Below, one piece after another: positions 58,096-64,000 of a stretch of 64,000 nt of DNA (positions within the stretch are counted from its first letter, which is position 1; the number at the start of each line of letters is the position of its first letter). The stretch spans positions 32,001-96,000 of the forward strand of contig CAVYBH010000012.1 in NCBI GenBank assembly GCA_963766715.1. Reading direction: 5' to 3'. This DNA comes from an uncultured delta proteobacterium (GTDB lineage: Bacteria > Myxococcota > Myxococcia > Myxococcales > Anaeromyxobacteraceae). The notes beneath the pieces were generated by a model that saw only the letters and a list, made by a program, of their open reading frames with translations, was not told the DNA's origin and did no database searches. Both the position numbers and the translations under genes were made by a program.

Positions 58096-58173
58096 GGTCC
58101 CATGCGTACCTCGCCGTCCCGGGGTACCGTCCTTGACCCGGATCAGTAAGCGAAACCTTCAAGGAAACGTTGA

Positions 58174-59608
58174 TCAGCCCCGGAGATACCAGGACCAGCG
58201 GTCCTTCCCGAGCAGCTTGGCGTCGTACATCGCCGCGTCGGCGAAGCGAATGAGCTGGCCCGGGTCGATCGCGTCGTCCGGGAAGGCCGCCACGCCCACG
58301 CTGGCCGACAGGGCGACCACCTCCTGGGTGGGGAGCTCCACCGGGAGGCGGGCCACCGAGATCATGCGCCCCAGGGCCCGGTCGATCTCCAGGCGCGTCC
58401 GGGCGCCGGAGAGCAGGAGGACGAACTCGTCGCCGCCGATGCGCGCGACGGTGTCGCCGCCGCGCATGGCGCCCTTCAGCCGGCGGCCGACCTCCCGGAG
58501 CAGCTCGTCGCCCGCCGCATGGCCGTGCCGGTCGTTCACCGCCTTGAACCCGTCGAGGTCGAGGAAGCAGACGGCCAGGATCGTGCCCGACCGCCGGCTC
58601 GACGGCCATCGCCTGCTCGAGCCGGTCCATGAGGAGCAGCCGGTTGGGGAGCCCGGTGAGGGGATCGTGACGCGCGACCGCCTCGAGGGAGTGCTCTCGC
58701 CGCTTCTGGTCGGTCACGTCGGAGATGGAGGTCACCGCGCCGAGCAGCGTCCCGTCGACCGGGTCGCGGAGCGGATGGGCGCTCGCCAGGATGAATCGTT
58801 CCTCGCCGCGGCCGTCGACGAAGCGGAGCGTGGCCGACTCGGAGCGCCCGGTCTGGAGCGCGCGCGAGGGCGGGAAGCCGTTCGCGTCGAGCAGCGAGCC
58901 GTCCTCCGCCGAGAGGCCGAACCGGGCGTCCTGGAGGTTCAGGTCGCCGGCGTCGCCGGGCAGGTCGAAGAGGCGGCGGACGCGGGGGTTGGCGTAGACG
59001 AGGCGCCCCTCCGGGTTCCACAGCCCGATCCCCTGGTCGACGACGTCGAGGATGGCGCGGAGCTGGGCCTCGCTGTGGCGCAGCCGCTCCTCCATCTGCT
59101 TGCGCGAGGCCACGTCCCACGCGACGTCGGCGAGCGCGGAGACGTCCGCGAGGTCCTGGTCGTCGTAGTCGGTCGCCTTGTTGCCGACGCCGAGGACGGC
59201 GACGATGCGGTCGTTGCGGAGGACGGGGACCACCATCTCCCGCACGACCCGGGCGTGCCCCTCCGGCAGGGGCTGGCGGTGCGGGAGGCTGGCGTAGTCG
59301 TTGTGGACGATCGGCCTCCGGAGGCGGACGCAGTCGGCCCAGACTCCTGCCTTGTCGACGGCGTAGTGCTGGCCGGCTCCCTGGGCCTGGCAGAACTCGG
59401 CGGTGGTCCGGCTCGACCAGGCCTGGAGGGTGAGCGTGACCTGGTCGGGCTCGACGAAGTGGAAGAAGCCGATGGGGCTCCCCGAGAGGTTCCCGGCCTC
59501 GTCCAGCGTGGCGACGAGCAGTTCCTGGAGCGAGAGGCGGGCCGCGGCCTCGGCGAGGCGCAGCCGGGCGCCCAGGACCTTGGCCGCGGGCTCGTCGCCG
59601 AAGGGCAC
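58174..59608 (-). CDS. GAF-PAS-GGDEF diguanylate cyclase (indel ~58600)
   Basis: GAF (IVHNDY..VVPV..GVGNK), PAS, HDPLTGLPNR, DLDGFKAVND, RGGD I-site, GGDEF. Confidence 0.9.
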
Positions 59609-59628
59609 GGCGCGTCCCCTGTCGCCGG

Positions 59629-60126
59629 TTACGGCCAGAAGACCGCCTGGCAGGACTGCGAGAGCTGGTCGCGGCGCGTGACCAGGCAGGCGATGACACC
59701 GCCGTCGCCGACCGGGACGCCGGGGCAGAGCCGGGTGCGGTCGGCCCCGCAGGACTTGACGAACCATTCGTGCAGCTCGAGCCCCTTCTTGCACTCGGAG
59801 GAGATCTCGGCTCCGGTGGCCGGCGAGGCAGGCGTAGAGGCGGCCCTGTCCGGCCGGGACGCCCTGGCAGTAGGCGAAGGCGTCCCCCTGGCAATCGAGG
59901 GTGACCTCGTTGGCGCGCTGCTGCGCCCAGTTCAGCAGGGCCTGGCAGCCGTCGGAGAGCTGGTTCCAGTTCGAGCGGAGGCAGAAGTAGACCCGCCCGT
60001 CGCCGGGCGGGGTGGCGCTGCAGAGCCGCTGCGCGTCGGTCAGGCAGGCGTCCTCGGCCGGGGCGGGGGAGGGCGCCATCGCGGCGCCAGGGCCACCGCG
60101 ACCAGGATCCACTTCCGGTTCGACAT
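59629..60126 (-). CDS. Secreted cysteine-rich repeat protein (indels ~60085 and ~59810)
   Basis: Signal peptide; three C-x2-D-x3-[LY]C..G[DQ]G..CL..S-x2-C repeats. Confidence 0.75.
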
Positions 60127-60138
60127 GCTGCCCTCCGG

Positions 60139-60577
60139 CTAGAAGTTGAACGTGACGATGAGGGTATCGCCGTACGCGCCTTCCGGCACGTTCTGCATGG
60201 GGGGGACCCGTCCGAACACCGCGACGGGCTCGCCCCTCCCGGCGCCGAGGTTGCGGGTCACGGTGCCGTTCGTCCCGTCGCCCCACACCTGCGTCCTGCT
60301 GCCGTTCGTGTAGATGTTGTACTGGAGCTGGGCCTGGCCGCTTCGCATCGTGCGCGGCCAGAAGGACCCCGCGCTGCCGGGCGAGAACTGGATCTTCACG
60401 GCGGACGGCTCGTTGCAGCGGAACTCCACCGTCCCCGTGACGTCGAGGGGCGCCGTGGCGGAGATGTCGTAGGTGCCGAAGGCGAGTCCAGCCGCCGAGA
60501 CCGTGCAGGTGGCCGCGCTCGCCTCGAGGCAGGCGGCGAGGGCACACGCGAGAGAGCACGGCGCGGACGCGGATCAC
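60139..60577 (-). CDS. Spore-coat-U (Csu-type) pilin subunit (indel in signal peptide ~60555)
   Basis: CTVSA..LAFGTYD..C..LQYNIY..WGDG..GRVP..Q.VP.GAY.D..VTFNF. Confidence 0.85.
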
Positions 60578-60723
60578 GGGTCGATGTTAGTCCACATCCG
60601 GGTGCTCGCCAGTCCGGAGCCGCCTCCCACATCGCCGCAGGTTTTCTTGCACCCGCCCCGGTCGGTCGTACCCTCCTGGGCGATTTCGCCTGACCAGGAG
60701 CGGCGAAGAGGGCGCCGGAAGAG

Positions 60724-60738
60724 TGACGAAAGTCGTCA
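60724..60738. promoter_or_regulatory. Perfect inverted repeat, candidate activator (bEBP) site
   Basis: TGACGA-AAG-TCGTCA about 55 bp upstream of a sigma54 motif. Confidence 0.5.
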
Positions 60739-60790
60739 AGCGACATCCACTTACAGCCCCGGATTTCGAGGGCTTGGACGGGGCGGGTCC

Positions 60791-60806
60791 TGGCACCGGG
60801 TGTGCT
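60791..60806 (+). promoter_or_regulatory. Sigma54 (-24/-12) promoter of the chaperone-usher operon
   Basis: TGGCACCGGGTGTGCT = GG-N10-GC. Confidence 0.7.
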
Positions 60807-60875
60807 TTGCGTCACCCCGCCGAGGCCGGGCACGGTCCCGTTCCTCGCATACTCCTCCGACCGAAAGGACATCCG

Positions 60876-61362
60876 ATGCGCCGCTCCTCGAAGATCGCCA
60901 TCGCCGCCGCCACCGTGGCCGCCGCCGCCCTCGCCGTCACCCTCGTCCCCCGCTCCGCGGACGCGGCCACGGCCACGAGCAGCTTCACCGTCACGGCCAA
61001 CGTGGCCACCGCCTGCACCATTGGAGCGGCGAACGTCACGTTGGCCTACGACCCGAACGCCGCGAGCCGCGACCACCGCCCCCGCCACGGTGACCCTGCA
61101 CTGCACCAGCGGGACCCACTACGACGTGGGCCTGCTCTCGGCCGGAACGCTCGTGGGCGCAGGCGGCGCACTCAACTACTCCATCTTCAAGCCGGGAACG
61201 ACGAACACGCCGTGGACGAACACCGGATCCGGCCTGGTGAGCGGCAGCGCCACCTCCTTCGCGAACGCCATCGTCCTGGCAGGTACGGTCTCGATTCCCC
61301 CGGCGCAGGACGTGCCCGCCGGCGCCTACGTCGAGAACGTCACCGCCACGGTGACCTTCTAG
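60876..61362 (+). CDS. Spore-coat-U (Csu/McuA-type) major pilin (indel ~61075)
   Basis: Signal peptide, ATATSSFTVTANVATACTI..YDP..CTSGT..LNY..IPPAQDVPAGAY..TVTF. Confidence 0.87.
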
Positions 61363-61364
61363 CC

Positions 61365-62109
61365 ATGCCCACCCGCCTCGCCGCCCTCGCCGCCGCCGCG
61401 CTCCTGCTGGGCGCCGGATCGGCCCAGGCGGCCGAGGTCCAGGTGTCGCCGGTCATCGTGAGGCTCTCGCCCGCGGCCCGAAGCGCGATCGTCGTCGTCA
61501 AGAACCAGGGGCAGGAGACGGCGCGCTTCGAGCTGCAGGCACGGAGCTGGGAGCAGAGCCTGGCGGGCGAGATGATCCTCGGGCCCACGAGCGACCTGGC
61601 GGTCTACCCGCCCGTGCTCACGCTCGCTCCCGGCGAGGAGCGAAACGTCCGCATCGGCGCCATCACGCCGTTCGGCGGGGTGGAGAAGACCTACCGGGTC
61701 TTCCTCCAGGAGATGCCCCCGCCGGAGACGCCGGAAGGGCCCTCGCAGGTCCGGGTGCTCTCCCGCATCGGGCTTCCGGTGTTCCTCGCCCCCGCCAAGG
61801 CGGTCGAGCGCACCCGGCTCCTCGACCTGGCCGCCCGCGGTGGGAAGGTGACCTTCCGCCTGGTGAACGAGGGAACGGTCCACGTCCGGCCCGCGTCGGT
61901 GAAGCTCGCCGGGCTCGCGGCGGGCGGCAAGAGCACCTTCGAGACCGAGCTGGCGGCCTGGTACGTGCTCCCGGGCGGAGAGCGGGTCTACGAGGTGGAG
62001 ATCCCGACCCGAGGCGTGCGACGCCACCCGCGAGCTCGAGGTCTCGGCCAAGCTGTCGCGGGAGGTCATCCGCGCCTCGCTGGCGACGCCGAGCGCCTGC
62101 GCTCCTTGA
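61365..62109 (+). CDS. Fimbrial assembly chaperone (PapD/CsuC-like; indel ~62010)
   Basis: VSPV, VYPPVLTL.PGEER.VR, EKTYRVFLQEMP, IGLPVF, NEGTVH. Confidence 0.87.
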
Positions 62110-62112
62110 GCC

Positions 62113-64000
62113 GTGCGCGTCCTCCTCGTCATCGCAGCGGTGGCCCTGGCGTCACCGGCGGTGGCCGGCGAGGCGCCCGCGGCCACCTTCGTCGGGCCTG
62201 CCCCGACGCTCGAGTCGCCTTCGGCCCTCTCGCCGGCCATGCGCGTCCACCTGGACGTGCGGCTGAACGGCGTGGCCAGGGGAGAGTCGCTCGTGCTCCT
62301 GGAGGGGGACGACGCCTGGATCTCGATCGAGGACCTGCACGGCTTCGGGGTGCAGAGCTTCGACGGCACTCGCCGCAGGAGCGACGGGAAGGAATGGGTC
62401 TCGCTCCGGTCGCTCGCACCGAAGCTCCAGTTCGTGCTGGAGGAGCGCACCTTCGCGCTCGATCTCACCGTGGGGCCCGCGCTGCTCGGCTCCGCGCGGC
62501 TGGACATCGGCTACCAGCGCCCCGCCGGCACGGTCATGGGCGACTCCACGAGCGCCTTCGTGAACTACGCGGGGCAGGTGGATCTCCAGGGACGGGCTTC
62601 CGGGTACGGCGAGGCCGGCGTGAGCTCCGGCCCTGCGCTCCTCTCGTCCGGGTTCTCGGTCACGGCGCTCGGCGCCCCCGTTCGCGGCATGACCGCCTTC
62701 AGCTACGAGCTCCTCTCCCGGCTCGAGAAGCTGGTGGTGGGGGACGCCGTCGTCGCATCCCAGGGGATCGGATCCTCGGGCGTGGTCGGCGGCGTGACCT
62801 GGGGACGCGACTTCGCGCTCGACCCGTACCTGGTCGTCGCGCCGCGCCCGTCCTTCACCGCCTTCGCGGCCACGCCGTCGACGCTCGAGGTCTGGGTGAA
62901 CGGCTCGATGGTGCGCCAGCAGCCGGTGCCGGCGGGGACGCTCGACCTGACCAACATCCCGGTGGTGGCCGGCGTGGGCGACGTGCGCACCGTGCTCCGC
63001 GACGCCTACGGCCGGGAGCAGACCTTCGACCTCCGCTCCAACTTCGCTCCCGCGCTGCTCGCGCCGGGCATCACCGAGTTCGGCTACACCGCGGGGTTCA
63101 TCCGGAACCAGCTCGACACGACCAGCTTCTCCTACGGACGCCCCGTCCTCCTCGGGCGGCACCGCGTGGGGCTCGACGACGTGGTCACGGTCGGAGGCCG
63201 CGTCGAGGCCTCGCTCGATCGCTTCCTGGGCGGTCCCTCCGTGACGATGGGCACGATCCTCGGACAGGTGGACCTGGAGCTCCTGGGGAGCGTGGCGCAG
63301 GGAGCGCCGGGCGGCGCGGCGGCACTGGGCTGGTCGTGGATGGGGCGCCGCTGGTCGAGCGGGCTTGCGCCTGCGCGCGCAGACGCCCGCCTTCTCCACG
63401 GCCACGCTCGATCCGTGGAGGGACCGTCCGCTCGGAGACCTCACCGCGTTCGGATCGGTGTCGCCGCTCGAGCGGCTCGGACTGGGCGTGGACCTCACGG
63501 CGACCCGCTGGCGCGACCTGGGGAACATGGCCAGCGTCACGCTCCGCGCCGACCTCGCGCTGGGGGCCGGGCTCACCCTGCTCGCGTCGGTGACGCAGAC
63601 GGCGGGAGGCCCCGCGGCGGGCCCGAGCGGGATGCTCTCCCTCTCCTGGGCGCTCGGCGATCGGACGACGGCCCAGGCGTCTGCGGGCGCCGGTACGCCG
63701 GGCGTGGCGGCCTCGGCGGGCGTGGCGCGCTCGCTTCCGGTGGGGCCCGGGTACGGATACCGGGTCGAGGGCGAGGCGGGCTCCGCTGGCGCCGTCGCCT
63801 CGCGCGGGTCGGGCCTCTTCCAGGTCCAGACCAGCTTCGGGCACTACGAGGCGCAGGTGGATCAGCTCGGCAAGACCACGCTCGGCGCCGTCCGCGCCGC
63901 GGGCGGGATCGTCATCGCCGGCGACCGGGTGTTCGCCACGCGCCCGGTCGAGGAGGCCTACGCGCTGGTGCGCGTCGGGGTCCCGGGGGTGACCGCCTAC
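62113..64000 (+). CDS. Fimbrial outer-membrane usher (partial, runs off the window; indels after ~63370)
   Basis: LDVRLNG, VGD..GGV..RDFALDPY, PSTLEVWVNG..VPAG, VLRDAYGRE, LLAPG, FATRPV..YALV. Confidence 0.88.
   Translation, partial: MRVLLVIAAVALASPAVAGEAPAATFVGPAPTLESPSALSPAMRVHLDVRLNGVARGESLVLLEGDDAWISIEDLHGFGVQSFDGTRRRSDGKEWVSLRSLAPKLQFVLEERTFALDLTVGPALLGSARLDIGYQRPAGTVMGDSTSAFVNYAGQVDLQGRASGYGEAGVSSGPALLSSGFSVTALGAPVRGMTAFSYELLSRLEKLVVGDAVVASQGIGSSGVVGGVTWGRDFALDPYLVVAPRPSFTAFAATPSTLEVWVNGSMVRQQPVPAGTLDLTNIPVVAGVGDVRTVLRDAYGREQTFDLRSNFAPALLAPGITEFGYTAGFIRNQLDTTSFSYGRPVLLGRHRVGLDDVVTVGGRVEASLDRFLGGPSVTMGTILGQVDLELLGSVAQGAPGGAAALGWSWMGRRWSSGLAPARADARLLHGHARSVEGPSARRPHRVRIGVAARAARTGRGPHGDPLARPGEHGQRHAPRRPRAGGRAHPARVGDADGGRPRGGPERDALPLLGARRSDDGPGVCGRRYAGRGGLGGRGALASGGARVRIPGRGRGGLRWRRRLARVGPLPGPDQLRALRGAGGSARQDHARRRPRRGRDRHRRRPGVRHAPGRGGLRAGARRGPGGDRL

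Noticed and set aside
60690..60738. Hammerhead-like CTGA..CGAAA..GTC
   Set aside because: Core reads CTGACCA, not CTGANGA, and the stems do not fit; better explained as a DNA palindrome

Overview
High-GC core-chromosome window from a myxobacterium, most likely Anaeromyxobacter-like. This is inferred from gene order and from myxobacterial-type families: a TIGR02266-like PilZ protein, a DUF4388 protein, a DnaK paralog and spore-coat-U pili. Gene order: plsX-fabHDG-acpP-fabF-rpiB-glyA-nrdR-ribD/E/BA/H-nusB; divergent asnS and leuS-lptE; rpsT; mazG; TPR membrane protein-DUF4388-phoH; a small-ORF island; 7TM-HD-ybeY-lnt-prfB (programmed +1 frameshift); PilZ-like and pilT; moxR-pgeF-cpoB-like-LysM(TsaP-like)-dprA-topA; a second small island with a DksA/TraR gene; trmFO-propeller-xerC-hslVU-argD-argF; a J-domain/Hsp70/TPR triad; a MaoC pair-SDR-coaE; engB; greB; metF; and a diguanylate cyclase plus an archaic chaperone-usher (Csu/Mcu-type) pilus locus that runs off the end. 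About 25 single-base frameshifts hit even essential genes, so they are treated as long-read indel errors. The most interesting observation is an unannotated element present twice, 16.5 kb apart (about 22869-23002 and 39403-39545). Each copy has an identically spaced sigma70-like promoter, then mutually complementary conserved blocks (GTGGAGG/CCTCCAC and CTGCCACC/GGNTGGCAG) enclosing hairpins of unrelated sequence. This is a candidate new small structured RNA family. No rRNA, tRNA, CRISPR array or transposase was recognised.
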